Shown here: positions 22,003 through 35,092 of the stretch, piece after piece
How positions within the stretch are numbered: the first letter of the stretch is position 1
How the letters are laid out: every line of letters starts with the position of its first letter
DNA from: Octopus bimaculoides
Lineage: Eukaryota
DNA: 41,359 nucleotides
Direction of reading: 5' to 3'
Assembly: GCF_001194135.2 (NCBI RefSeq)
Contig: NC_068982.1
Span: forward strand, 128,266,959-128,308,317
Notes under the pieces: model-generated
What the model saw: the letters and a program-made list of their open reading frames with translations, nothing else
Databases searched by the model: none
Told to the model about the DNA's origin: nothing
Made by a program: the position numbers and the translations under genes

Positions 22003-22541
22003 ATCAGTATCTTAAGCACAACAAAATTAGGCCACTTCACCTCTACTAAAACAAATACATTGTCTTTAACATACCAGACTGCTTATCTCGATCTTCAAAC
22101 CCAATTTATTTTTCTACATTTCCCTTCATACTTTTCATTCTATTTATTTGTTTACTTATTTATTTTATTCTCTATTTTTTATCATATGGTTTATTCATTT
22201 AGATAAGAATGGTCAATCAAATCTATAGAAAGCAAATCTTTCTGATAAACTTTTTCTTATTTTATCTTTATTTTTCATCTTATTGAATTTACTTTATTTC
22301 TTTATTGTATCTTTCTGAATTCATATTTGTTGACCTTGCTTAGTGAACTCCATTTATGGTATTTGTAAAGAGGTAAATCTATTGTCTGTGACTCTATAAT
22401 GAAACTATTTGCTGTTTATAGCAGAGTCTGGTATTTTAACTTGCCATGAAATATTCTGAAATGTAGTCTGTTCTTTATGTTACAGTCCAATTTTATTTAT
22501 GGATGAGTGTGTGTATATGGATGTGTGTGTGTATGCATGTA

Positions 22542-22588
<47 letters not shown>

Positions 22589-22668
22589 TTACATAGTGTT
22601 TCTTATGTGACTAACACAGATTATGAAACTGGTGTCAACAAATGGAATAAATATGTATTCTTTCAATT

Positions 22669-22708
<40 letters not shown>

Positions 22709-23195
22709 CATACAAATATATTAAGCGTGTATATGTACATGTGTGTGTGTGTGTGTGAGTACATATATGCTAGTTTTACATGTTTTCTCTATGCCTGAAT
22801 GGGTTGGATGAATATATTATTGAGACAATGTTGTACAGCTTGATGCCCTTCAGGTCTCTAACTCTCACTTATTTTTCAAGTAAGAGATGTCTTATTTCTT
22901 ATATCTAAGAAGGTAGGAACCAAACTAAACAGACAAGTTGCTGACAGAAGTGGAAACAACACCACCACTCATAACATCTTTCATGGAGCATTATTGTAAA
23001 CAGATACATACATACATATTTATATATTGCTTGGATAGCCTTCGCTTTTTTTCTCTCAAAATGTTTTTTTAACCCAATATTTATTCACTATTATTTATAA
23101 CTTTATCTATTTCGAGTTCAACTGTTAAAAACATATATAGATAGGGAGAGAGGGAGAGAGAGAGAAAGTGAAAGAGACACACACACACAGACACA

Positions 23196-23196
23196 T

Positions 23197-23230
<34 letters not shown>

Positions 23231-23479
23231 ACATCGTTTAACGTCCGCTTTCCATGCTAGCATGGGTTGGACGATTTGACTAAGGACTGGTGAAACCGGA
23301 TAGCAACACCAGGCTCCAATCTAATTTGGCAGAGTTTCTACAGCTGGATGCCCTTCCTAACGCCAACCACTCAGAGTTTAGTAGGTGCTTTTACGTGTCA
23401 CCTGCACGAAGGCCAGTCAGGCGATACTGGCAACGGCCACGCTCGAAATAGTGTCTTTTATGTGCCACCCGCACAAGCC
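23196..23479 (-). mobile_element. Young RTE 3' end with a long (GAT)n tail, running into a gap
   Basis: (CAT)n at about 23197-23230 followed by the conserved terminus and tandem units. Confidence 0.85.
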
Positions 23480-23683
23480 NNNNNNNNNNNNNNNNNNNNN
23501 NNNNNNNNNNNNNNNNNNNNNNNNNNNNNNNNNNNNNNNNNNNNNNNNNNNNNNNNNNNNNNNNNNNNNNNNNNNNNNNNNNNNNNNNNNNNNNNNNNNN
23601 NNNNNNNNNNNNNNNNNNNNNNNNNNNNNNNNNNNNNNNNNNNNNNNNNNNNNNNNNNNNNNNNNNNNNNNNNNNNNNNNNNN
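23480..23683. other. Assembly gap (N)
   Basis: 204 N. Confidence 1.
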
Positions 23684-23757
<74 letters not shown>

Positions 23758-25899
23758 AGCACAGGCAAGAAGCTTGCTTCCCTAACAGATGGTCTTCAGT
23801 TCAGTCTCACTGTGAGGCATCTTAGGCAGGTGTTTTCTACTACAGCCTCAGGCTAATCAAAGCCTTGCGAGTGGATTTAGCAGGCGAAAACTGAAAGAAT
23901 CCTATCATGTTTGTGTGTATATATATCTATATATACACATACAATTTGTGCCTCGATAATACGTTTGTCTAACCCATGCAAGCATGGAAAAGTGGATTAA
24001 TGAATTCAATAAAAATTAGAAACTTAAAACCCAAGATTTGTTTCATTTTCTTTTTTTAATCTTGAAATAAAATATGTAGTAATAGTATGTACAATGTAGT
24101 TACAATCAGTTCTACAAAAGAGAAAAAAGCAGGTAGTAACAGAGAACTGGCAAAGGAGAATCTTTGGAATTCCTATACAACTACATAAGATCAATGCTCC
24201 TAATCTTGTATTGGCTATTTAGGAGGTTTAAATTTAAGAGATAGCAAGGTTTGTAATTTTTGTAATCTACATTGGTCCAAATTCATTTGGAATATTAAGA
24301 TGGCAAGCTGACAGAATCATTAGCATGTCGGGCAAAATGCTTTGTAGCATTTCTTCTGTCTTCATGAGATGAAAGGAAAGTTTTATATTACTCAGAACAT
24401 ATGTAACAAGGGCTAACTAAAAGTCTGAAAATAAACATGGACACTTAAGCCAAAGTTGAATGAAATTTGTAAAAGAGTGACTTCAATTTGTATGAATGGG
24501 AATCAAGAGTAAATAACTAACATGTGTGGAAATAGATCATTTGACACAGCCCAACCCATCAAAAACTGAATATCTCAGTAACATACATGGAGTGACCAGT
24601 ATCCATCATAGCATCATTTATGCGAGACAAAAAATGCTTGGTCTATGACCAGACATGTGAGTGTAACAATGGACGATGTATTCACATGTAGATCCATAGA
24701 AGTTATATCATCCTCAACCGAGAGGTATTACTGATGTTATCAAGAAACATATATATTTGAAACAGCAGTCTTGCACAATTTGGTCATTGTAGAAATCACC
24801 AGTATTTTTGGATTGGACAATGAGGAAATTAAATTTATATTTCCACAAAGGAAGTACATGTATTTTATTTTCATAACGCAGAAAATTTATCACTAACTCT
24901 ACTCTGAACAATATTTAAAACCAATTTTGAAATACGTACTCAAGATCGAATTAGTACAACACTCAACTTCTAACATTGTATAAATTCCAACATACCATTC
25001 CAATGCAGATCTGCTTTACTTCAAATGCTCCAACCCTGTCTCGTATCATAAAGTTGTTTAATGGATTAAATGACTGAGAAATCCAAATACATTAAAGCTT
25101 CATTTTGACAAATTTTCTGCACAAAATCTCAGACAAACAACTGTAAGCAAACAATAACTCCTTACTTAAACAGATGATACTAAGCTTGTGAGGTGAACTA
25201 ATTTTGTTGGACCCTATCTGGGGTTAAATAAATCATCTACTTGCTAGATTTTAAATCAAAAGCTTTATGACAACAACCTTATAATAGACAACTCTTCAAG
25301 ATTTTTAGCACAAAAGAAGGTTTCTTGTCCTATCATATTTTGTAGTTTAAAATTAGACTAACTATATAATCAGAATTTAGTTCAAATGTATGTTATCTTG
25401 TGAAGTAGTGAAAGCAAGAACTAAGGTGATAATTTGTGACACTGATTCAATTCCACCAGCTTATATCTATTTCACTCACTCTCACAAAACTCCTTTGGAA
25501 GGGAAGAATACCACAACCTCATTTTTTTCTTAAAATCAAGTAATTGGATATTTATTACATTTATACTTCAGTTTAAGTGAATATGTATCCATATAATTAT
25601 GATATTAAAAAGGTAATTAAAATAGATGATTAATTTTAACTGGATTTGTTTCTTTGAACGATCATTTTTTAATGTTGGGGTATATCTAAATTAAGTAGCA
25701 TATTGATTGATGCATTGCTTTTATGGTTTGATCTTAACCACAAACCATAACAGAGTGGAATAAGGAATGGTATAATTTCAACCTAGTAGCTATTAGCTTT
25801 TTTTTTTCTTTTTTTTTTTTACTTACTGAATCTAGAGTAAAGAGCAGCACCTGATCAATACCATAATATTGCTCTTGAACATTTGTAAGTGATCTCTGA

Positions 25900-26190
25900 T
25901 AGAAAAGACATAAAGAGGGAGGGAATTCATGGAGCTGATATTCTAAGATGGAAGAACTGCACATAGTGACAGGGGTAGGAGGATGGGGGCTAAGAGTTTG
26001 GATGCAACAAGGATAAAGGAAGGTCTAGAACAGGAATGTTTAAGCGGAGGTGGCACGAACCAACCAGACCCAAGAAGCAGAGGCCATAATAGAAGCAGTA
26101 GAAAAGGTAGACAGAAGAAACCTAAGAGGCTGGAATGTCTGTGAGCGACTTCATGCAAATCAGTTGGATACTCCATTTCTAGTTAGACAA
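25900..26190 (-). mobile_element. CR1/Jockey-type LINE 3' fragment
   Basis: Minus strand is similar to 18200-18330 (ctattatggcctctg, cttaaacattcctgttct). Confidence 0.6.
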
Positions 26191-26506
26191 TGATTAAATT
26201 GTTGGCCATTGCTGTTAGATAAATGATTAAAGATTTGTGGTGCTGGAACAATAGTACTATGTGCTTAATACTTTAAATAATTTGATCACATAGATTCAGT
26301 ATCAGCCTCTTGAAATGAAGATTTTATTGTCTATATCACATCATAGTTGTTGTGGCCCAAAAGCATTTGCTTATCATTCTATTTGAAAGTTAAACAAGTT
26401 GAGACTTATCATTGGTGGAGTGTTGAAACAGCTAGAAAACTAATGAGCAGTTTGTAGTTTAACAAAACTGGAATCAAATGATCTTCTCACAAAATGGGTA
26501 AATTAA

Positions 26507-26728
26507 CCCTTTTGATACCAACCCGACTGAAACAGCCTCTGGCTCTGTAGTACAAATGTTTTGTTTTCAAAAGTTCTGAATTAAAATCTTCCACCAAACC
26601 TTAGTTACAATTTATGTTCTTAACACTAGCTTAATGATAACTAAGTTATTTTACTAAATTCTTTGTTATATTTAAAAGTAATTGAAAGAAACACAGAGCA
26701 TCTCAACAGAAATATGGTAACAAAAGGG
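26507..26728. mobile_element. piggyBac-type MITE, 222 bp
   Basis: TTAA|CCCTTTTGATACCA ... TGGTAACAAAAGGG|TTAA. Confidence 0.85.
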
Positions 26729-27707
26729 TTAAGGAATATCTGTAACAACTTTTCAGATAAATGTCATTTTCCTTTTTAGGTTTTCATTAACTGGTTAGGG
26801 GATGTCGACCATTTTTCCATACACTTGTACAGAATGCACTGAAGAAAACAGATGGCACTATCAAAACATTTGCTTGTACCAAGGAAACATTTTTTTTCAC
26901 TACATACCTTAATGTTGAAAGAAATATCTTAAACAAATTTTTTAAATTTCAAAATTTAGATGTTGACTAAAAATTCAAACAAAAGAAATATACCTTTTTA
27001 AAAATACAAAGTCATCAATTCTTAAAATATCTATTTCATTATAAATTCTGGCATAATATCATAGAGCTGACAGGGATATTGAAAGGACATATATGATAAA
27101 AAGGAGAGACACTGAAGCTAGATACAGACTCCTGAATATCTAATAAGGAAAATATTCCAATAAATCAAGACTCATTAAAACATACAATATGATGTTTAGC
27201 CTCAAGTAAGAAGTGAATTCTACAATAAAAGTACTTTTAATTATATGTAAGCCTTCAATATATTCACGGTATATAAATATATATTATAAATAATCAAAGT
27301 TTTAAATAAGTTATCTTTCAAAAGAGGGACAGATAGTATTAACTTTTATTTTGAATTAATTCAATTTAATGAAACAACAAGATTGTAGTAATGAAATAAA
27401 AAACTAAAAACAAAATGAGAGTGTAAAATGATGACTATGCATATTTTTCAAATATAATTACGAAACCTTTTATAGATACATGTATTCTTTCAAACCTAAA
27501 CTGCCCCATGAGTATCAATGAAATTATAAACATAATTATAAACATACAGTTTTAGATAAATAAAGGTAAACTGGAAAAATAGAGTGAAAAACAGATGTTA
27601 CTTCATTATAAACAGATAGTTGTACCGAGCTGAATCTATTTTTGGATGAAATTTAAATCAATTTTTCAATCATTCTCTAATTTAATAAGTCACATTTTGG
27701 TTTAGTC

Positions 27708-28060
27708 CAGTGGTTCTCAACTGGGGTCCATATGGTCCCTGAGGATCCATATGGTCCCTGAGGATCCATATAAAATTGTTAGTGGTCCATGTAACAAAAT
27801 AGTGAATTGGGGGATCCACAACAGTATTTTAAGGACCCTTGAACAAATTTTGCTTCAGATGCATGTATTGGCATGCTAGGTTTCTTTCTCTAAAATTCTA
27901 CATAGTTCAACCTACACAAGTTAATGTGTGAAATACAAAATAGGAATTCTGAAAGTAGTTTCTATAAAAATAGTTTTTAAACATTGCATGGTTATAGGGG
28001 TCCACCAGAATAAAATAGTAATCAAAGGGGTCCATAGATAAAAAATGGTTGAGACCCACG
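27708..28060. mobile_element. hAT-type MITE, 353 bp
   Basis: CAGTGGTTCTCAAC ... GTTGAGACCCACG with a perfect 8-bp TSD GTTTAGTC (27700-27707, 28061-28068). Internal 19-bp tandem duplication catatggtccctgaggatc. Confidence 0.9.
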
Positions 28061-29167
28061 GTTTAGTCAGTACTATTAGCAGTACTATAACTTTTGTACT
28101 GCCAACCACTATAAGAATGTAATTAAGCCGTATTTGTTACAGAATCAACACTAATGAGTTCAATGTCAAAGATCCCTATGTGATTAGTTTCATTTCAGAA
28201 TATCTATTTAACTTATAAGATTCTCTTTATCATTCAAGGCAAACCTGACCTTCAATAGAGAAAGAAACAGAGGGGGAAAGGGGAATATCCTGACATTGGT
28301 CCAAAAAGCAACAGAGAATAAAAATAGTTAAACAACTGTGAGAAGAATTGGTAAAAAAAAATATATATATATACATATATATATATATCACAACAGAAAG
28401 TTCCTACAAAGTTAAGCTTCACATTTTAAATAATTTTAAATATCACAGGACAAAAAAGGATTTTTAAAATATACTGCAAATGGCATGTGCTATTGGACAT
28501 TAAATTAATCCTTTGAGACCACAGAACTAGTTTGGTGGTAAAAAGCAACAAACTCAGATATTTGAGAGCCTTCAAAATACAGAGAACAATCTCAGAGAAT
28601 ATTTAACAATGAATATAGACAGAACTAAGCATATTAATGACTAAAAATAAATCTAGGAGATGAGGTAGAAAAATAATATTAGGTGAAGTTATGGTCTTAG
28701 AGTCCTTAACAGGTGTGTATTACAGTTTAACTGTGATTTTAATTAACTATGGCCTCATTTTCTTGTACATGAACTTGTTATCAAACTTGGATATTGATTA
28801 CTGTTAGAATTAATACAAATTGCAGCTTCTTTTCATTTACAAATGAATACATAAAATTTCTAGTGGACAGCTAAATTTGAACTGCTATTCAGATTTTTTT
28901 AATAAATTTACATCCTTTATACTGAAGTATAAAAATGGAGTAACAATTATAACTAAACAAATTATGAAAACCTGTTCTAAATTTGTTTTCCCAAACTAAA
29001 CAACAAGATAAATAATGATTTCCAGTTACTAATATGTTGAAAAACATTCATGATACTTTTAAATATTCATATTTACGATAATGTGTTATTTCAGTTAGTA
29101 TCATTTTACCATAAAACAACTTAATATATATTTACTGTTATGTAATATTGTTATAAATTTTGGCAGA

Positions 29168-29355
29168 AGGCCAATAATTTTAGAGGGAGGATTTAGTCGA
29201 TTACATCAACACCAGCACTTAACTGGTACTTTATTGACCTCATGAAAATGAAAAGCGAAGCTGACCTCGGCAGGATTTGAACTTAGCAGTATTTCTGACT
29301 CTTAACATTCTAAGCATTTTATATGGAATATTAACGATTCTATCTGCTTGTCACC
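29168..29355 (-). mobile_element. Degraded SINE family C
   Basis: Similar to 6193-6423. Confidence 0.6.
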
Positions 29356-29458
29356 TTAGTATTATGTGATATTTTTTTTTAATGTTGCAAAAAAACTGTT
29401 TTGTAATATTAAAAACAAATCAATAATTTTAGACCAAACAAAAATAAAATCAACTTAC

Positions 29459-30202
29459 TTTGCTTTTTGTAAATATCCTCAGTTTCCTTCTTTATTCGTG
29501 AAGAAGAAGAATATATGGAAGACGTATCAGAATCTCTGCTAGTTTCAAAGGCTGAAATTCCAGATCCTCTTCTAGTTTCATAAGATGAAATTCCAGAATC
29601 TCTTCTGGTTTCAAAGCCAGAACGGCCAGAATCCCTTCTGGTTTCAAAGCCAGAAAGTCCAGAATCCCTTCTGGTTTCAAAGCCAGAAAGTCCAGAATCC
29701 CTTCTGGTTTCATAAGCTAAATTACCAGAATCCCTTCTGCTCTTTCGACTGGAATCTTCAAATAAAGAAGTATAATCCGATTGTGAAGTCCTCGTATCAG
29801 AAGAAGTATAAGAAAGATCAGAATCTCGACGGGAGTCCTGTTGACTTCGAAAAGAATAGGAACCAGATTGCTTTTGGGAATGTCTTGTGTCATATGAGGA
29901 CAAATTCGAGCTTTGATTATCTGAAAAGTATGAACCATAGGAGTCCTGAACATTTCGGACATCAGAAGCATGTGAACTGGATCCTTTGTAATCTGAAGAA
30001 TAAGAATCCTTTCTTCCAGATCTGTAAGGTATGTAAGATGATTCAGATTCTTGTCTTCTTGTTACATCAAGAATAGATTCTTTTTTATTAAGGTCCCAGT
30101 CTGAATCTCTATCAAAAGATGTTGAAAAATGGTCTTTGGATCCCCTGTCACTGGTATATGCGGTTTGAACATCTGATTTACTTTCCGATGAGGATATTCC
30201 GC
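29459..30202 (-). CDS. 744-nt Ser/Arg/Asp-rich low-complexity exon with 11-aa ETRRDSG repeats
   Basis: Lies in the 284-aa ORF 29409-30263. Acceptor ctcttacttcatctccag|GC and donor CAAA|gtaagt. 744 nt = 248 codons, phase 1/1. Confidence 0.85.
29530..29745 (-). repeat. Coding 33-bp minisatellite (about 6-7 units)
   Basis: Unit GAAACCAGAAGGGATTCTGGACTTTCTGGCTTT is present twice exactly and degenerates outward. It encodes ETRRDSGLSGF. Confidence 0.9.
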
Positions 30203-30524
30203 CTGGAGATGAAGTAAGAGAATATTGATAAGAGAGTTTTCGGTTTGTGTGATACATTGTCAAAGATTCAATGAAAACTTCCTATATTCAGATTACACTA
30301 AAATCCAATAACAGTACAAATCAATCAACCATAGAAAGAAAAAAAATATACATATAAATTATTATAAACTGCTGCAATATTTTTCTTTCTCTGAATTTTC
30401 AACCAAATATATATCGTATTTTTCTTTTTAAAAGTGCAGAACTCAACAGTGACAATAACAGAATCCAAAAAATCCAGCAAGTTGCAACTACAAGTTACTG
30501 TTATTAGCAGGTGAGCACAAGAAC

Positions 30525-30553
30525 CAGGAAGTTCTCTCTTCCTGAAACTAACA
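30525..30553 (-). CDS. Candidate 29-nt exon (VSFRKRELP)
   Basis: Strong acceptor tttctttatccttctctccag| but weak donor |gttctt. Phase 2 in, phase 1 out, compatible with the 30202 acceptor. Confidence 0.2.
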
Positions 30554-30684
30554 CTGGAGAGAAGGATAAAGAAATGATGTTACTTAGGTAATGCAAACTG
30601 TGCCAACACTAAAGACTATTTCAGGATAAAATTAAAACGTGTGCAGACGCTAGCAAAAGTTAGTGTGGCATCTCAACCACCCAC

Positions 30685-30692
30685 CGGTGCTG
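30685..30692 (-). CDS. Candidate 8-nt microexon
   Basis: ttttcttatattttag|CAGCACCG|gtgggt. Confidence 0.3.
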
Positions 30693-31293
30693 CTAAAATA
30701 TAAGAAAACAAGAAAGTTAAATACAAGAACTTAGTTACAAAACAAGAGTAATAAAAACAAAATGAAATGATGTAAACAAAATAGAACCACCGCCACCATT
30801 GTGAATAACTTCAGGAGCTTACTACAAATGGTAAAAGAAATTTGAGCAGAAAAATAAAACAAAATAAGAACAAAGTATAAGTTGCCAGCAGAAATATTTG
30901 CAATGATAATGAGAAAACTTATTTAATACTTTATAATCTTGGTTGAGCAAAGTTTTAGTTTTGTTACGGATGACTTTCAGGACATTTTGTTGAGATTGCA
31001 AAACCTTATTTATAACTGTGTGAACTTAATAACACATTTCAAAATAGTAATATATGTATAATAATCATATAAAAAGAACAATGAAATAGGAATTTCTCCA
31101 AAGCAACTTGCTATTACTGTTTTCCATGCTTGCATGGGTGTGACAGGTTTATTCATTAGGGTAATTGTTTTCCTATTGGATGCCCTTCCTACTACTAACC
31201 ACTCAACTGTGAAGTGAAGGTATTTTCTCTTTTGGATTACATGCCAGATAAACTTAAGCCAGCAGAGTTATGAGAGTTAATAATGTTGCTTAA

Positions 31294-31513
31294 CCCTTTA
31301 GTGTTCAGATTAATTTGTCAAAAGTAATCCTTATTCATTCACATTTCAAAAAATTTATCTGATATTATTTTGCAGCTTCAAGATAGGAAAGATGTAATTG
31401 CTTATTTTTAGAATGACATTGCAGAGAAGGTGTGAGAGGCTGGTTCTGGCCAGTTTGAGCATAAAATGTGTTGAATATTTGGGCCGGATACAGCCGGTTT
31501 AAACACTAAAGGG
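31294..31513. mobile_element. piggyBac-type MITE, 220 bp (second family)
   Basis: TTAA|CCCTTTAGTGTT ... AACACTAAAGGG|TTAA. Confidence 0.85.
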
Positions 31514-32699
31514 TTAAAGACCACATTATTAACAGTAATAATATCTGAACATATGACTATGAGGTCAGATGTACAATATCTTCACCTCACAATTGTTGTA
31601 CTTTTTTAAGTAAACTGTATAAATCATAGCACATTATATACATTAACACCAGAGTGGTGGATTGACAGAATCATTAGAACATTGGAGAAAATGCTTTGCT
31701 GTACTTGTTCCTATTTTTTTATATTCCAATTTTGAATCCAGCTATGGTTAACTTTGCCTTTTATCTTTTTGAGGTTAATATAATCAACTAAACTCAGCCC
31801 TATCATGCCCTACTGACAAAAGACTTTTGAGAAATTGGAGAAAGAGTTTTTTTTTTTAACCCATCGCTTCTTTATTTTTCTTACATTTTACAAATTATAG
31901 TGGGTAGGGTGTTGCACTCATGATTGGAAAATTATGATTTCAATTCCAGGATAGGGCAGTATGTTCTGTTTTTTTTTTTTTTAGCAAAACACTTATTTTC
32001 ACAGTACCCCAGTCCACTCAGTTGTAAATTAATAAACCTGCAATGGACTGGTATCTTATTCAGGGGCAATGCTGTGATACATGCCATAGGAATCAGCCCT
32101 ATGAGTTCCAGGACTCAAGACAGTAATGTCCAAAGGAATGATCATGATTCCTCATTTGATTGTTTCCTTTCAGTGGATTTTCCACCCAACAATGTTCTTC
32201 AAGAGTAACTTTCAACATTCTGACATTTGAAGCTCCCATCTAAGATGTAAATACAGTCTATTATATCAGCCTGTTCCTCTTTTTTGTAGTTGAGTTTCTG
32301 TTTTAAAAAACTTAGTGGTTAGATATTTGATAATCTTTTTTGCTTTCAAAATGACATTTTTTTAATATCACAAATATAGAACAGTGTCAACCATTACAGG
32401 TTTCCAATCAACCAGTCATTGGTTCTCTGCATTGCTAACAGCAAGAATGATAAGGGAATGTCTGTGACCCAGGGTTCAAATATCACAAGAGTCTGCTGTG
32501 TCTTTGATTTTCTCACCAATGCTTACACTGATAAATGTTAAAAGATAAACACAAATGCACACACACATTTATTTATACAATTGGCCTTTGTACAGTTTCC
32601 ATCTATCAAGTTCCACGCATGAGACTATGGCAGCAGACACTTTCCCAAAATACTATCATGAAATAAAACTTGGAACCATGTGGTTTGCTATCTTTTGGC

Positions 32700-33145
32700 T
32701 TTTCTTTATCTTGTTTCAGTCAGAGGACTGTGACCATGCTGGAGTATCACATTAAAGGATTTAGGCAAACAAATCGATTGGTACTTATTCTACCAATCTC
32801 TTTTGCTTAACCACTAAGTTATGGGGGAGGGGCAAACAAGCCAACACCAGTTGTCAAGTGGCAAATACAAAGACACACACACACAAATACAAAGACACAC
32901 ACGTATACCACACACATGTATACAGGCTTAGTAGTGGGCTTCCATAGTTTCTGTATTTACTAAATTCATTCACAAGGCATTAGATGGTCCAGGATTATAG
33001 TAGAAGATTCTTGCCCAAGGTGCCACGCAGTAGCACTGAACTCAAAGCCACATGGTTGCAATGTGAGCTTCTTAATCACATAGCCATATCTGTGCCCATA
33101 GCTTGGTAAGCAAACTCCTTTACAGCACATCCATGCCTGCACCCA
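32700..33145 (-). mobile_element. SINE family A, degraded, with a duplicated head
   Basis: Collinear with 576-981. Confidence 0.65.
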
Positions 33146-33199
33146 TTTACTTAAAATAAATTTCATTAACAGATGACTGCAGTCATAAATGAAGCAGAC

Positions 33200-33273
33200 T
33201 TCTGTTACAGCAGGCTCTGCAGAAGGAGCTGCATCTAATAAGAATTTTTCTCTTTCTTTCTTTAATTCTTCTT
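33200..33273 (-). CDS. Candidate upstream exon (EEELKKEREKFLLDAAPSAEPAVTE)
   Basis: Protein-like peptide after a T-rich, AG-free tract of about 45 nt. Splice sites are weak (GAG or AAG acceptor, gtctgc donor). Phase 1 in, phase 0 out. Confidence 0.3.
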
Positions 33274-34311
33274 CTCAATGTCATAAGATACAGACAGAAT
33301 TAATATAGAAATAGAAATCATATTGCGCTCCAAAGCTTGAGTACTTATTTTGCATTACCAAGTGATAAAATAATCATTAACCACTAAAATTACAGGTTGT
33401 TATTGTTGGCTTTATAAAAATCATATCCCTAAAATATTCTACACATTATAAGCTAGTAATAATTAGGGATCCACAATTATATGCTTAATGTAGTATATAT
33501 ACTGTTTTCTATTTGAAAATGAACAGCAAGAGCAATGCTTTATTTCAGTCACAGGGAAACTACAGCCCACAGGACATTCTGAATGGCATGCCTAATTTGA
33601 GGAAGAAAATAATGTGCATTAAAAAGCTTTTAGTAGCACAACCAACCTAACAATGAGCCATGTCCCATGCAGTTTGCTTCATGAAAAAAGTTGGCCATGA
33701 CTGCTCTGCATGTTTACAACAGCATTCTCTGCATACATAACCAGCAAATATGTTCATTTACTGTAGAAGTTTCGTAAATTTGTTATAGCTGCCAATGAAT
33801 TAGTTGTCATGAGTATTGATTATTTGTTAAGTCTTCTAGCATTAAGATATTCAACACATGATTGATGGTGGATCTCTTTTATGTTTATAGTATTTACTTT
33901 GATTTATCAAAGTGACAAATCTGCTGCTAAATTTTGTCTTCAACACTATTACTGTGAAGAGCTTTGATTAAACTTTCATTTCTCCTTTTGGGAAACATGG
34001 AAGAGAAGTGTAGAGATTTAAGCTTATTCCATGTCATAAAGTAAATAAGTATATTTGGTAGGTGTGCAAATTAAGTTAAAGTTGAAATTTTCTTTTCTTC
34101 ATTTTACTTTTTCATCATTACTATGTGCTTTATATCTTCAATTATCATGTTTGGGTCATAAACTAACATGAAATTTTGATGGAAGGTTTGAACTTAGATG
34201 ACTAGTTTTTAAAATGGAAGAAAGCAACAAAAAAACCACTGATGTTTCTTTCCCAAGTCATGAATCTTTGGACTTTGAAATGGATGTTCATGAGCATCAA
34301 TGCCAGTATGC

Positions 34312-34314
<3 letters not shown>

Positions 34315-34383
<69 letters not shown>

Positions 34384-34457
34384 GAGAGAGAGTGAGAGAG
34401 AGAGTGAGAGAGAGAGTGAGAGAGAGAGTGAGAGAGAGAGTGAGAGAGAGAGTGAGA
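34315..34457. repeat. Compound microsatellite, (GA)n then (GAGAGAGAGAGT)n
   Basis: Read directly from the sequence. Confidence 0.95.
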
Positions 34458-35092
34458 AATGAATAGTTTTAATATATGTTTGTAAGTCAATACATAAAAC
34501 ATGGGGGATAGAGTAAAAAGTCAAGCTAAAATAAACATTAGTATGTACAACTATCACCATTCCCATGTCCCATCAGCATACTGAACCACTATTAATAACA
34601 ACTGTATTTTAACTAGTTTGATTGATGTCTGTTTTGCTTCTTGCTCTCTGATGCTGCCTTAGAATCTACTGTAACTCAGAAGTCTACATTCTTTTAACAA
34701 GCAAATTTCCCAAATTCTACATCTTTAGTGAGTTATTTAATTTTTAATTATATAAGTTTACAGGACAAAGGCCTGTGGCCATATGACCAGGCCGTTAAGC
34801 TAATGCAATCAAAGTTGTGGGTTTTAATCCTTGTCATGGTCAACACATTGTGTCCTTGCACAAAATAGTTTATTTCACATTGCTGTAATCTTCTCAGCTG
34901 TCAATGAGTAGATGTTTATGTCTGCTTATGACTATATCAGCACTTAAAACAATTAGTGAAAGCATGGTGCATGTCACCAAGCCATACTTGCTTCCGAGTG
35001 CAAGGTGGCTGACTTTAAGTTCATGGGTATTAAAACTGAACTAAGTAATGAAGGAGTCATTTGAAATGCTAAATATGGCAACCAAATCTCAC

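Noticed and set aside
25827-25831. 5-nt microexon tag|ATTCA|gtaagt
   Set aside because: It would break the frame between the phase-1 donor and the phase-1 microexon, and it lies next to a LINE remnant and A-rich tract.
29492-30076. Alternative-frame and antisense ORFs (29492-29713, 29585-30076, 29717-29971)
   Set aside because: Shadows of the 33-bp coding repeat, with no independent splice or domain support.
5460-30202. Assigning a gene symbol (twitchin/unc-22, unc-89/obscurin, titin, MLCK)
   Set aside because: Half an Ig domain and a low-complexity linker are not diagnostic without a database search.
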